Assembly (NCBI GenBank): GCA_047971215.1
Contig: JBKDZI010000016.1
Location: forward strand, 1 to 60,739
Reading direction: 5' to 3'
DNA: 60,739 nt
From: Bacilli bacterium
GTDB taxonomy: Bacteria; Bacillota_I; Bacilli_A; RF39; JBKDZI01
The notes beneath the pieces were generated by a model. That model ran no database searches, had not been told where the DNA came from, and saw only the letters and a program-made list of their open reading frames with translations. Positions 47,434 to 56,825 of this stretch are shown piece after piece. A program made the position numbers and the translations under genes. Positions within the stretch are counted from its first letter, which is position 1. Each line of letters opens with the position of its first letter.

Positions 47434-47532
47434 ATGAAAGATTATAATAATTGTAATAAATTAAATGCTTTACTAGAAAATGCAATTTATGCTAGATTAA
47501 AAGCAAGTGTAGAAATTTTTAAAAATGCGTAA
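47434..47532 (+). CDS. Candidate 32-aa small protein
   Basis: RBS AGAGGTGA lies 5 nt upstream of the ATG. Sequence MKDYNNCNKLNALLENAIYARLKASVEIFKNA*. Followed directly by the hairpin actctaat-aaaa-attagggt plus a T run. Confidence 0.3.
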   Translation: MKDYNNCNKLNALLENAIYARLKASVEIFKNA

Positions 47533-47629
47533 ACTCTAATAAAAATTAGGGTTTTTTTGTTAATATATTCAATATAAAATATTGTAAATAATTTAATAAT
47601 GTGAGATAATCACTACATAGGAGGAACTT

Positions 47630-48151
47630 ATGGATAATAAAAACTTAAATTTAATTATTGGCATTGTACTTTTAATATGTGGTGGATGGATATTATTAAA
47701 TCCAGTTGATACACTGCAAGCTATGTATACAATTGTAGGTTCCATATTTATAGTACGCTCATCTTTTGGAGTATTTAATTATTTTAAAGGTAACAAAAAG
47801 AAACAAACAATATATGAAATAATTTTAGAATTTATAAAAATAATTTTTGGTATTTTACTTATTGTTAAATTTATTCCAGTAACTAAAATAGTTGTATATA
47901 TAATTGCAGTTTTCTTAGTATTTGAAGCTTTATTTACTTTATATATTTCATTATTTGTTAAAAAACTTGATAAAGAAGTATCTAGAAGTCTTATAATAGA
48001 TGGAGTAGTTACATTAATATTTGCAGTTTTTTTATTTACAAATTCAGTGGCAACAGTATCTGCAATAATAATTTCATTTGGTGTACTTATATGCTTACTT
48101 GGAATTGCAAATCTTATTTATTATTTTAAAAAATTAAAAATGAGTGCATAA
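47630..48151 (+). CDS. Multi-pass membrane protein, possibly HdeD/DUF308-like
   Basis: 173 aa, about 6 short TM helices with repeated G/I-rich segments (LIIGIVLLICGGWILLNP...). Confidence 0.4.
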   Translation: MDNKNLNLIIGIVLLICGGWILLNPVDTLQAMYTIVGSIFIVRSSFGVFNYFKGNKKKQTIYEIILEFIKIIFGILLIVKFIPVTKIVVYIIAVFLVFEALFTLYISLFVKKLDKEVSRSLIIDGVVTLIFAVFLFTNSVATVSAIIISFGVLICLLGIANLIYYFKKLKMSA

Positions 48152-48249
48152 AGTATTAATTTTTTATGTATACAAATATTAAATATTTAGATTTACTTTT
48201 AATTTTATTCCTTTTGTAATATAATTAGTGTATGTAAATGGAGGAAAAA

Positions 48250-49500
48250 ATGAATAAACCTAAAGGAACTTATGATGTTTTTGGGCAATATGGAAAAAAA
48301 TTAACTCATGTTAATAATATTTATCAGGAGCTTATGGAAAATTATAATTATGAATTTATTAGAACGCCAGTTTTTGAATCATCTGAACTTTTTCATAGAG
48401 GAATGGGAGAATCTACAGATGTAGTTACAAAAGAAACTTATGATTTTAAAGATAGAGGTGGTAGAAATATTACTTTAAAACCTGAAGGAACTGCTGGTGT
48501 TGTAAGGTCTTTAATAGAAAATAAATTATATGTAGATGAATTTAAGAAATTTTTTTATTTTACACCTTGTTTTAGATATGAAAGACCAGGTAGTGGTAGA
48601 TTTAGAGAATTTTACCAATTTGGATGTGAAGTATTTGGATCTAAAAATCCTTTAGTTGATGCTGAGGTTATATTAATTGCTTACAATTTCCTAAGTTTAA
48701 TTGGAATTAATAATTATATTGTTAAAATTAATTCTCTAGGTACAAACGAAGAAAGAAAAAAATATAAAGAAGCTTTAATTAAATATTTAAATCCACACAT
48801 TGATACTTTATGTGATGATTGTAAAGATAGAATAAATCAAAATCCTCTTAGAATTTTAGATTGTAAAATAGATGATAAAAAAGAAGTAATTAAAAATGCA
48901 CCTAATATTTTAGAATTTTTAGGAAAAGAAAGTTTAGAACATTTTAATGAAGTTAAAAGTTATTTAGATCTTTATGAAGTAAATTATGAAATAGATTTTA
49001 CTTTAGTTCGTGGATTGGATTATTATTCTCACACAATTTTTGAAATTGTTTGTCTTGATGAATCATTAGGTGGTGCCTCAACTTTAGTAGGTGGTGGTCG
49101 TTATGATTCTTTAGTAGAAACTTTAGGTGGTCCAAGTACTCCTGCTTGTGGTTTTGGTATTGGTAGTGAAAGATTACTTTCTTTAGTAGATTTAGATGAA
49201 GAATTAAATGGTATTGATGCTTATGTTGTGCCAGTTAATAAAGAAGATGAAGAATATGCTTTAAGTATAATTGAAGAACTTAGACTTACAAGATTTAAAA
49301 TTGATTTAGATTATATGAATAGAAGTTTTAAAAGTAAACTAAAACAAGCTGATAAATTAAATAGTAAATTTATTATAATTGTTGGAGAAGAAGAAAGAAA
49401 AAATTTCAAAGTCAAAATTAAAGATACTCTTTTAAAAGAGGAAACTACTATTGAAGTTGCAAGTCTGTTAGAATATTTAAGTGAGAGAAGTATAATATGA
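48250..49500 (+). CDS. hisS: Histidine--tRNA ligase
   Basis: PKGTYD, motif 2 FYFTPCFRYERPGSGRFREFYQFGCEVFG, GGGRYD, GFGIGSERL. RBS GGAGGA precedes ATG 48250. Confidence 0.95.
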   Translation: MNKPKGTYDVFGQYGKKLTHVNNIYQELMENYNYEFIRTPVFESSELFHRGMGESTDVVTKETYDFKDRGGRNITLKPEGTAGVVRSLIENKLYVDEFKKFFYFTPCFRYERPGSGRFREFYQFGCEVFGSKNPLVDAEVILIAYNFLSLIGINNYIVKINSLGTNEERKKYKEALIKYLNPHIDTLCDDCKDRINQNPLRILDCKIDDKKEVIKNAPNILEFLGKESLEHFNEVKSYLDLYEVNYEIDFTLVRGLDYYSHTIFEIVCLDESLGGASTLVGGGRYDSLVETLGGPSTPACGFGIGSERLLSLVDLDEELNGIDAYVVPVNKEDEEYALSIIEELRLTRFKIDLDYMNRSFKSKLKQADKLNSKFIIIVGEEERKNFKVKIKDTLLKEETTIEVASLLEYLSERSII

Positions 49501-49910
49501 CAAACGAGCAATTAATGGAATTAGCAGTTACTACAAGACAAAAAGCATATGTTCCAATTTCTCATTTTAAAGTAGGTGCTGCTGTACTTTGTGAAAGTGG
49601 TAATATTTATACTGGTTGTAATATAGAAGATATTACAGGAATTGGTGTAACTAATATTTGTGGAGAGAGAAATGCTTTTTTAAAACTTATTGAAAAAAGA
49701 GATTTTAAACCAGTGAAAATAGCTATTGCTGGTGGAAAAAATGAATTAATAAAATGTATGCCTTGTGGTGTATGTAGACAATATATGTATCCTTTTAACA
49801 AAAATTTAATTATTATAGTAGAAGAAAATCAAAAGTTACTTGAATATAAATTATCAGATTTATTAAAAGATGGTTTTTATATAGAAATAGGGGAAAAAGA
49901 TGAAAGTTAA
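49497..49910 (+). CDS. cdd: Cytidine deaminase
   Basis: Zn-binding motifs CGERNA and PCGVCRQ. 137 aa. Confidence 0.9.
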   Translation: MTNEQLMELAVTTRQKAYVPISHFKVGAAVLCESGNIYTGCNIEDITGIGVTNICGERNAFLKLIEKRDFKPVKIAIAGGKNELIKCMPCGVCRQYMYPFNKNLIIIVEENQKLLEYKLSDLLKDGFYIEIGEKDES

Positions 49911-51207
49911 TATAGATAAGCTAAGTTTAAATTTTAATAATGAAGTTACAATTAGTGGATTTGTAGATACAATTAGAGATTTGCAGTATGTTCAATTTTT
50001 AGTTATAAGAGATAATACTGGTAAAGTTCAAGCAACAATTGAAAAAAATGATGAAAATAAAGAATTAAATGAAATTGTTAGTACTTTAACAAATGAAAGT
50101 ACTGTGTATATTACTGGTATAATTTATGAAAATGAAAAAGTTAAACTAAATAAAATGGAACTATTTCCTAGTAATATTGATATTACTAGTTTATCTGATG
50201 AAAATATTCCATATGTATTTAAAAATCCCCAATCAGCAGATAGAGAAACTAGACTTGATTATCGATTTTTAGATTTAAGACTTGAGAAAAATAGAACTAC
50301 TTTTCAAATTTCATCTTTTTTAGAACATTCTATGAGGGAATATTTTGTAAATAATGATTATATTGGTATAAATTCTCCAAAAATTTCAGGAGAATCTTCT
50401 GAAGGTGGAAGTGAAGTATTTAAACTAGATTATTTTGGAACTCCAGCATGTCTTGTTCAATCTCCACAGTTATATAAACAAATGGCAATTAGTTCAGGAT
50501 TTAATAGAGTTTTTGAAATGGGAACAGTTTTTAGAGCTGAAAATTCACATACTTCTTATCATTCTACTGAAATTTTTATGATTGATGCTGAAATATCTAA
50601 TATAAATTCACATGTAGATATAATGGATGAACTTGAAAATATGCTTAAATATTCTCTTACTAAAGTTAAAGATAAATATAAAGATAAATTAAAAGAAATG
50701 TTTAAATCTGAAATTAATATTGAAAATCCATTTCTTAGAATTTCATTTGATGATGCAAAAATAATATTAAAAGAAAAAATGAATTATGTTGGAGAAAATC
50801 CAGAGGATTTTGAAAGAAAAGAAGAGGATTTACTTTGTAAATATGCAAAAGATAAACATAAAACGGATTTTGTATTTGTAGATAAATACCCATATAGTGT
50901 AAGACCTTTTTATACTAAAAAAGATGGAAATAATAAAACTTTATCTTTTGATCTTTTATTTAAAGGTATTGAAATTACAAGTGGTGCTCAAAGAGAACAT
51001 AAATATGATGTTTTAATAAATCAAATTTCTGAAAAAGGAATTAATCCTAAAACGATGACTTCATATACTGATTACTTTAAATATGGAATATTTCCTCATG
51101 GCGGATTTGGATTTGGATTTAATAGGCTTATTATGAAATTATTAAATTTTGATAATATTAGAGAAGCTACATTTATATATAGAGGTCCTACAAGAATTAG
51201 ACCATAA
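49900..51207 (+). CDS. aspS: Aspartate--tRNA ligase, short archaeal/eukaryotic-like type (about 435 aa)
   Basis: No bacterial GAD insertion (435 aa, against my recollection of about 590 aa). QSPQLYKQM, motif 2 FRAENSHT..H..E, motif 3 GGFGFGFNRLIMKLL, and a C-terminal ...TRIRP ending. Confidence 0.8.
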   Translation: MKVNIDKLSLNFNNEVTISGFVDTIRDLQYVQFLVIRDNTGKVQATIEKNDENKELNEIVSTLTNESTVYITGIIYENEKVKLNKMELFPSNIDITSLSDENIPYVFKNPQSADRETRLDYRFLDLRLEKNRTTFQISSFLEHSMREYFVNNDYIGINSPKISGESSEGGSEVFKLDYFGTPACLVQSPQLYKQMAISSGFNRVFEMGTVFRAENSHTSYHSTEIFMIDAEISNINSHVDIMDELENMLKYSLTKVKDKYKDKLKEMFKSEINIENPFLRISFDDAKIILKEKMNYVGENPEDFERKEEDLLCKYAKDKHKTDFVFVDKYPYSVRPFYTKKDGNNKTLSFDLLFKGIEITSGAQREHKYDVLINQISEKGINPKTMTSYTDYFKYGIFPHGGFGFGFNRLIMKLLNFDNIREATFIYRGPTRIRP

Positions 51208-51220
51208 AAAGGAGAAATAA

Positions 51221-51898
51221 ATGCATATTGGAATTATATTAGATGGAAATAGAAGGTGGGCAAAAGAAAAAAATCTTCCATCATTAAAAGGACATGAAAA
51301 AGGAGCTAAAGCTATAGAAAATCTTGTTAAAAACCTTTATGAAGATAATCTTGGAATTAATATACTCACCATATATGCTTTTTCTACTGAAAATTTTAAT
51401 AGAAGTGATGAAGAAGTATATTATCTTTGTAAATTATTTAAGCAAATGATTAAAAAATTAACTAAAAACATTAAAGATAAAAATGTAAAAGTTAATATAT
51501 GTGGAGATAAAAGCTTATTTACTGAAGGTTTACAAAAGGAATTATTAAGTTGTGAAAATATCACTAAAAATAATAATGGATTAATATTTAATATATGTCT
51601 TGGGTATAGCGGTAGACTAGATATAGTCAGTGCTGTAAAAAAGATTGTTGATAAGGGTATTAAATCAGAAGATATTACTGAACAATTAATTAGTGATAAT
51701 TTATATACTAAAGGTCTTAAAGATCCTGATATGATTATTAGAACTAGTGGAGAAAATAGGCTTAGTAATTTTTTAACATATCAAAGTGCTTATTCTGAGT
51801 TAATATTTATTAAAAAATATTGGCCTGATTTTGATATAAATACATTAAAAGAATGTTTAAAAAAATTTAATAAACGAAACAGACGATTTGGAAAGTAG
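51221..51898 (+). CDS. uppS: Undecaprenyl diphosphate synthase (cis-isoprenyl transferase)
   Basis: HIGIILDGNRRWAKEKNL, AFSTENFNRS, IRTSGENRLSNFLTYQSAYSEL. Confidence 0.95.
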   Translation: MHIGIILDGNRRWAKEKNLPSLKGHEKGAKAIENLVKNLYEDNLGINILTIYAFSTENFNRSDEEVYYLCKLFKQMIKKLTKNIKDKNVKVNICGDKSLFTEGLQKELLSCENITKNNNGLIFNICLGYSGRLDIVSAVKKIVDKGIKSEDITEQLISDNLYTKGLKDPDMIIRTSGENRLSNFLTYQSAYSELIFIKKYWPDFDINTLKECLKKFNKRNRRFGK

Positions 51899-51904
51899 GG
51901 AATT

Positions 51905-52075
51905 ATGAAAAATAAAAAATTATATTTATCAACTAAAGATGTAAAATTAACAGGATTATGTGGTGGCTTTTCAGAAATGATGGAAGTAGATTCTACTATT
52001 GTAAGAGCAGCTTTTATATTATTATCTTGTTTTAGATGGCCACTTATTATTGCTTATTTTATCATTTATATATGA
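51905..52075 (+). CDS. PspC-domain small membrane protein (56 aa). Not in the ORF track.
   Basis: LYLSTKDVKLTGLCGGFSEMMEVDSTIVRAAFILLSCF.WPLIIAYFIIYI matches the PspC-domain pattern (L.RS..D..i.GVCgGlA.y...d.t.VR..f). Confidence 0.6.
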   Translation: MKNKKLYLSTKDVKLTGLCGGFSEMMEVDSTIVRAAFILLSCFRWPLIIAYFIIYI

Positions 52076-52108
52076 TTACACCAAAAAATCCTAATAAGGA
52101 ATTAAAAG

Positions 52109-52945
52109 ATGTCACGGACAGAAAATAATCAAAAATTAGAAAATATAAGAATAATAGAAAAAAGCTTAGTTAAAACTTATAGAAAAGAAATATTCAGTAA
52201 ATTTATTAAAGCTATAAAAGAATATGAACTTATAAAAGATGGAGATAAAATTGCTGTTTGTATAAGTGGTGGAAAAGATAGTTTTTTACTTGCAAAATGT
52301 ATGCAAGAATTAAAAAGGCATAATACTATAAATTTTGAAGTAGAATTTTTAGTTATGAATCCAGGGTTTTCTAAATTTAATATAGATTCTTTAAAATTAA
52401 ATTTAAAAAAATTAGAAATACCTGCTCATATTTATGAAAGTAATATTTTTGCTGTAGTAGACGAAAAAATGAAAGAAAAACCTTGTTATATGTGTGCTAG
52501 AATGAGAAGAGGTTTTTTATATAGTAAGGCTAAAGAACTTGGTTGTAATAAAATTGCTCTTGGACATCATATAGATGATGTTATTGAAACTATTATGCTT
52601 GGACTTTTTTATAACGGACAATTTAGCAGTATGCCACCAAAATTAAAAAGCGATAATTTTGAAAATATGGAATTAATAAGACCACTTTATTTAATACGTG
52701 AAAAAAGTGTTATTGCGTGGAGAAATTATAATAATTTAGATTTTATGAATTGTGGTTGTACTGTTACTCAAACTAAAGTAGATAGTAAAAGAGCATATAT
52801 TAAAAAATTAATCAAAGAATTAAAAGAAGAAAATAAAAGTATAGATTTAAATATTTTTAAAGCTAGTGAAAATATAAATTTAAATACTACATTAGGTTAT
52901 ATTAAAAATGGTGAAAAATGTACTTTTTTAAATAAAAATTTATGA
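52109..52945 (+). CDS. PP-loop ATPase, tRNA 2-thiocytidine synthase TtcA-like
   Basis: PP-loop AVCISGGKDS; Cys motifs CYMCARMRRG and MNCGC; LGHHIDD. Confidence 0.75.
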   Translation: MSRTENNQKLENIRIIEKSLVKTYRKEIFSKFIKAIKEYELIKDGDKIAVCISGGKDSFLLAKCMQELKRHNTINFEVEFLVMNPGFSKFNIDSLKLNLKKLEIPAHIYESNIFAVVDEKMKEKPCYMCARMRRGFLYSKAKELGCNKIALGHHIDDVIETIMLGLFYNGQFSSMPPKLKSDNFENMELIRPLYLIREKSVIAWRNYNNLDFMNCGCTVTQTKVDSKRAYIKKLIKELKEENKSIDLNIFKASENINLNTTLGYIKNGEKCTFLNKNL

Positions 52946-52971
52946 TATAATTATTTATGAAGGAGAAAATT

Positions 52972-53508
52972 ATGAAATTAGAAGGAACTAAAACATTAGA
53001 AAATTTAAAAACTGCATTTGCAGGTGAAAGTCAAGCTCATACAAAGTATAAATATTATGCTTCAAAAGCTAAAGCTGACGGATATGTTCAAATTTCTAAC
53101 ATATTTGAAGAAAGTAGTAATAATGAAAAAGAACATGCTAAAATTTGGTTTAAATTAATTAATGATGGAATACCATCAACTATTGAAAATTTAAAAGACG
53201 CAGCAAACGGTGAAAATTATGAGTGGACTGATATGTATGCTAACTTTGCTAAAACTGCGAAAGAAGAAGGATTAGATGATATTGCAACTCTTTTTAAAGA
53301 TGTTGGAGAGGTTGAAAAACATCATGAAGAAAGATTTAAAAAATTACTTGAAAATATTGAAAATGATAGTGTTTTTAAAAAGAATGAAAAAGTTGCTTGG
53401 AAATGTTTAAATTGTGGTCATATCCATTATGGAAAAGAAGCTATAGATATGTGTCCAGTTTGTGCTCATCCAATTAAACATTTTGAAGTTCAAAAAATTA
53501 ACTATTAA
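52972..53508 (+). CDS. rbr: Rubrerythrin
   Basis: Ferritin-like di-iron domain ([19 protein letters not shown]...E.EH...) plus a C-terminal rubredoxin motif CLNCGH...CPVCAHP. RBS AGGAGA precedes ATG 52972. Confidence 0.9.
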   Translation: MKLEGTKTLENLKTAFAGESQAHTKYKYYASKAKADGYVQISNIFEESSNNEKEHAKIWFKLINDGIPSTIENLKDAANGENYEWTDMYANFAKTAKEEGLDDIATLFKDVGEVEKHHEERFKKLLENIENDSVFKKNEKVAWKCLNCGHIHYGKEAIDMCPVCAHPIKHFEVQKINY

Positions 53509-53543
53509 TGGATAATTTTTAAAATTTGTGTTATACTAATATT

Positions 53544-53689
53544 GCCAGTAGTAATTGAAATCTACACATATACATAGGGAACTTGATTATTGTTTTGTGC
53601 GCATGCTATCTTTTTAAGATAGAAGCCTAATAAATGATATGTAGTGCCCACCTGAGCTTTTTCGGGATGTACAATTCTACTGGTTTTTT
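53544..53689 (+). ncRNA. Candidate structured small RNA (rod-like fold, possibly 6S-like; identity unverified)
   Basis: ORF-free segment, visibly GC-richer than its surroundings. Extended -10 TGtTATACT lies at 53529-53537. A long-range closing helix pairs CCAGTAG(T)AATTG (53545-53557) with CAATTCTACTGG (53672-53683) and is followed by T6. Internal hairpins: CTATCT/AGATAG (apical) and CCTGA/TCGGG. Confidence 0.45.
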
Positions 53690-53702
53690 AATTGATTTTT
53701 AA

Positions 53703-53738
53703 AATAGATATTTATAATATCTATTTTTTTATTAAATT
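53703..53738 (+). terminator. Second hairpin plus T-run terminator downstream of the candidate sRNA
   Basis: atagatatt-tat-aatatctat followed by T7. Confidence 0.5.
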
Positions 53739-53760
53739 TCGTGTATTTTTGACATTTTTA

Positions 53761-53788
53761 TTGACACAATATTATTACATGATATAAT
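53761..53788 (+). promoter_or_regulatory. Candidate sigma-A promoter of the surface-protein gene
   Basis: TTGACA (53761-53766), 16-nt spacer ending in TG, TATAAT (53783-53788). Confidence 0.45.
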
Positions 53789-53808
53789 TGAAAATAGGGT
53801 GAGTGTAT

Positions 53809-55374
53809 ATGAAAAAATTAAAAAATATATTATTTATATTATTAACATTTAGTATGTTTGGAGCGTGTGAATTATATGCTTGGCAAGTACACGATAATAG
53901 TCCAGATAGTCCAAATGATGTTGGCGTATATATGAATTATAAAGTTGATGAGACTATATTAATAAATGATAAAAATCTTACGGATGCTACAAATTTAAAA
54001 GTTGGAGATATTATTACTTATAAAGCCAAAATTTCCAACACTGGTGATGCGATTATTGATGTATTTAATGTAAAAGGCACAATGACAATTTCTGATAGCA
54101 ATTCTACAAATAAAATAACTAAAGATTTTAATATTGCTAAAGGGGATTCACTTAAGCCAACAGAATCTGGTAACATTCCTGCACTTGCAATAGGTGAAAC
54201 GACTGAAGTAACATGGACATATACTATTACAAAAGAAATTTATGCAACATCATCGATTAATTTTAATGTTAATGTTGGTTTTAATTATGTTGCACCATTT
54301 AATGAAGTAGAATATAACGTATTGTATAGTAAAGATGGTATTAATTATTTTAACCATGATGAGTTAACTAAACAAAAATTTAGTAGTAATGATTATATTT
54401 ATTTTAGATTTACATTAAAAAATACTAGTTCTACTGAAACTTTAAATAATGCTAGTGGTTTTGGATATTTAAGAGTTGAATCAAGTTCAGGTTCTGAATA
54501 TTTCTATATTGGACAAGCGCCATTTGATCCTATTTTGCCTGGAAAAAGTCAAACTATAGATTTTAATAATTTTTATCTTCCCCCAAAAAAAAATACTAAT
54601 TATTTAGATCATACTAATGCTACTGTGAGTTTTGCTAGTCATTTAGGATTATATGGACTTTGCCCTGAAGAATTTTTAGTAATTAAAAGGGTAGAACAAA
54701 TATATGCAACAACTTTTAATAATTTGACTGCTGAAAAAGGTTATGATATAAGCCTAATTGTAACTGATAATGATGAAAGTGGAAATGAAGTTAGTTTAGA
54801 TGAAAAAGATGAAATTTTTACATATACTTCTTCGTATAAATTCACTGATTGTACTAATTCATTTGAAGAAGTCATATTATATAACCATTATCAAGCATAT
54901 CTAACAATTTTTGAAGATGAAATTTCAGTAAACTGGTCTGATGGTGAAGTTGTTGATAAATCATTATATAAGATAGAAATTAAAAATCAGAAAGAACTAA
55001 TTGTTACTATGCTAAAATCTAATGGAAATTATGATTATTTGAAAAATAAAAGTATTTCTGTTAACACTCCAGTCATGATTGAAGAATATATCAGTGATGA
55101 ATTATATGAAAAGTTAAAAACAAAACATATAACGCATGTAGCAGATTTATATATTAAAACGGCTGGTAATAATCCTGTCTGTGGTGTTGATTCTAAAAAT
55201 AGTAATTTAAATGATAACAAATATCAAAGTATTTCATCTTATGTTGTTTATGTTCTTCCACCAGGAGCACTTCCAAGAACTGGCCTTTCAGATATAAGTA
55301 ATATTTGGATGGGAATATTATTTATGATATTTGCAGGTGGAATATTTATACTTTCAAAATATAGAAAAGCTTAA
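53809..55374 (+). CDS. Sortase-anchored cell-surface protein (LPxTG-type sorting signal) with DUF11-like repeat domains
   Basis: N-terminal signal peptide (KKLKNILFILLTFSMFGA). C-terminal LPRTG, then a hydrophobic stretch (ISNIWMGILFMIFAGGIFIL) and a basic tail SKYRKA. Internal VGDIITYKAKISNTGDAIIDVFNV-type beta-sandwich motifs. Confidence 0.8.
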   Translation: MKKLKNILFILLTFSMFGACELYAWQVHDNSPDSPNDVGVYMNYKVDETILINDKNLTDATNLKVGDIITYKAKISNTGDAIIDVFNVKGTMTISDSNSTNKITKDFNIAKGDSLKPTESGNIPALAIGETTEVTWTYTITKEIYATSSINFNVNVGFNYVAPFNEVEYNVLYSKDGINYFNHDELTKQKFSSNDYIYFRFTLKNTSSTETLNNASGFGYLRVESSSGSEYFYIGQAPFDPILPGKSQTIDFNNFYLPPKKNTNYLDHTNATVSFASHLGLYGLCPEEFLVIKRVEQIYATTFNNLTAEKGYDISLIVTDNDESGNEVSLDEKDEIFTYTSSYKFTDCTNSFEEVILYNHYQAYLTIFEDEISVNWSDGEVVDKSLYKIEIKNQKELIVTMLKSNGNYDYLKNKSISVNTPVMIEEYISDELYEKLKTKHITHVADLYIKTAGNNPVCGVDSKNSNLNDNKYQSISSYVVYVLPPGALPRTGLSDISNIWMGILFMIFAGGIFILSKYRKA

Positions 55375-55386
55375 TCAAGCTTTTTT
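55365..55386 (+). terminator. Rho-independent terminator
   Basis: Hairpin aaaagctt-aatc-aagctttt with a T run; overlaps the stop codon. Confidence 0.55.
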
Positions 55387-55458
55387 GTTTGTATAAATAT
55401 TTATATTTTGTTATAATATTTATATGTGTAATAAATACAATTAAGTAAGGAGACTTTT

Positions 55459-56508
55459 ATGACTTTAATTTATTTTTTATTAATTCTTGGCATAATGATA
55501 TTTGTTCATGAACTTGGACATTTTGTTTTTGCTAAAAAATGTGGAATGTATGTCCATGAATTTGCACTTGGAATGGGACCAAAAATTTTTTCTTTTACTA
55601 GAAAAAATGATGAAACTATATATAGTTTAAGACTTTTACCAATAGGTGGATTTTGTGCTATTGCAGGCGAAGATAACGATATGGCTAAAGATAAAAAAGT
55701 TGATAAAGAAAAACTTTTTAATAATAAATCTTTCAAAGACAAATTTTTAGTTTTAATAGCTGGTGCAATGTTTAACTTTATTTGTGCATTAATTATTTTG
55801 TTTGTTATTAATTTAATATATGGTGCAAGAACAGGAGAATCGTATGTTTCAGAAAAACTAAAAAATTATCCAGCATATGAATCAAATCTTGAAAAAGGAG
55901 ATATTATCCATAAAGTTAATGGTAAGTCTGTAAATAGCTTAGAGGATATATATTTATATATGGAAATTGCTAATAAAACTACAGATACTATATTTTCAAT
56001 AGAAAACAAAAATGGTGATTTAAAAGAAGTAAAAATCAAACCAAAATATGATGAGAAAACTGAAAAATATATGTATGGAATAGCATTTAATCAAGTAGTA
56101 GAAAAAGGATTTTTATCGTCTATTAAATATACATTTGTTAATTTTAAAAATCTTATATTAAATATGGGAAAAACTCTTATAAATTTAGTAAATTCTAATT
56201 TAGAAATTGAAAATATGAGTGGTCCAATTGGTGTTTATAAACATGTTGAAACAATAGAAACTGATGATATTATTACAAATATTGCTAATATGGCAATGTT
56301 AACGGCGCTTTTAAGTATTAATGTAGGATTTATAAATTTACTTCCTATACCTGCTTTAGATGGTGGTAGACTTGTATTCTTAATTTTTGAAAAAATATTA
56401 GGTAAAAAGATAAATTCAAGACTAGAAAATGTAATGAACTTTGTATTTTTTATATTACTAATGGCTCTTATGGTAGTAGTAACTTATAATGATATATTAA
56501 AATTATAG
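55459..56508 (+). CDS. rseP: Site-2 (RIP) zinc metalloprotease RseP/RasP
   Basis: HELGHF near the N-terminus, a central PDZ region, and NLLPIPALDGG near the C-terminus. Confidence 0.9.
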   Translation: MTLIYFLLILGIMIFVHELGHFVFAKKCGMYVHEFALGMGPKIFSFTRKNDETIYSLRLLPIGGFCAIAGEDNDMAKDKKVDKEKLFNNKSFKDKFLVLIAGAMFNFICALIILFVINLIYGARTGESYVSEKLKNYPAYESNLEKGDIIHKVNGKSVNSLEDIYLYMEIANKTTDTIFSIENKNGDLKEVKIKPKYDEKTEKYMYGIAFNQVVEKGFLSSIKYTFVNFKNLILNMGKTLINLVNSNLEIENMSGPIGVYKHVETIETDDIITNIANMAMLTALLSINVGFINLLPIPALDGGRLVFLIFEKILGKKINSRLENVMNFVFFILLMALMVVVTYNDILKL

Positions 56509-56516
56509 GAGGGTTT

Positions 56517-56825
56517 ATGGAAGAATTTATTGAAAAACTTACTTATTATTCTTTTATAACAAATTATTCTTATAAAGAAAGTGATACTATTACTAAACAA
56601 TTAATTTTATTATATAAAGAAAGTATTAGTAGTTATAAAAATAAAGAGAGAATAAAAGAAGTAGGATTAATATTATTAGACGAAATTATATATAAATTTT
56701 TAACAGACTTGATATATAAAAATGAACTTATAAAAAATGAAATCAAAATAACAACAAAAGATTTAGTAAAATTTGATGAGAAATATACTCATAAATTTAA
56801 TGAAAGTAAGAATATTTGGATATGA
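56517..56825 (+). CDS. Hypothetical protein (102 aa)
   Basis: ORF with RBS GGAGGG. Its TGA overlaps the priA ATG (ATGA). No recognisable motif. Confidence 0.45.
   Translation: MEEFIEKLTYYSFITNYSYKESDTITKQLILLYKESISSYKNKERIKEVGLILLDEIIYKFLTDLIYKNELIKNEIKITTKDLVKFDEKYTHKFNESKNIWI

Noticed and set aside
49900-51207. Asparagine--tRNA ligase as an alternative call for the 435-aa class IIb synthetase
   Set aside because: QSPQLYKQ rather than the QSGQLY-type motif, and the C-terminal ...R.RP ending, fit AspRS (archaeal type) better. This was not confirmed by search.
53544-53689. SRP (4.5S/scRNA) RNA, tmRNA or RNase P as the identity of the structured RNA
   Set aside because: There is no SRP domain IV motif (GGAA tetraloop with flanking AGCA/GNAR elements) and no tRNA-like acceptor end with a tag ORF. 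It is also far too short for RNase P.
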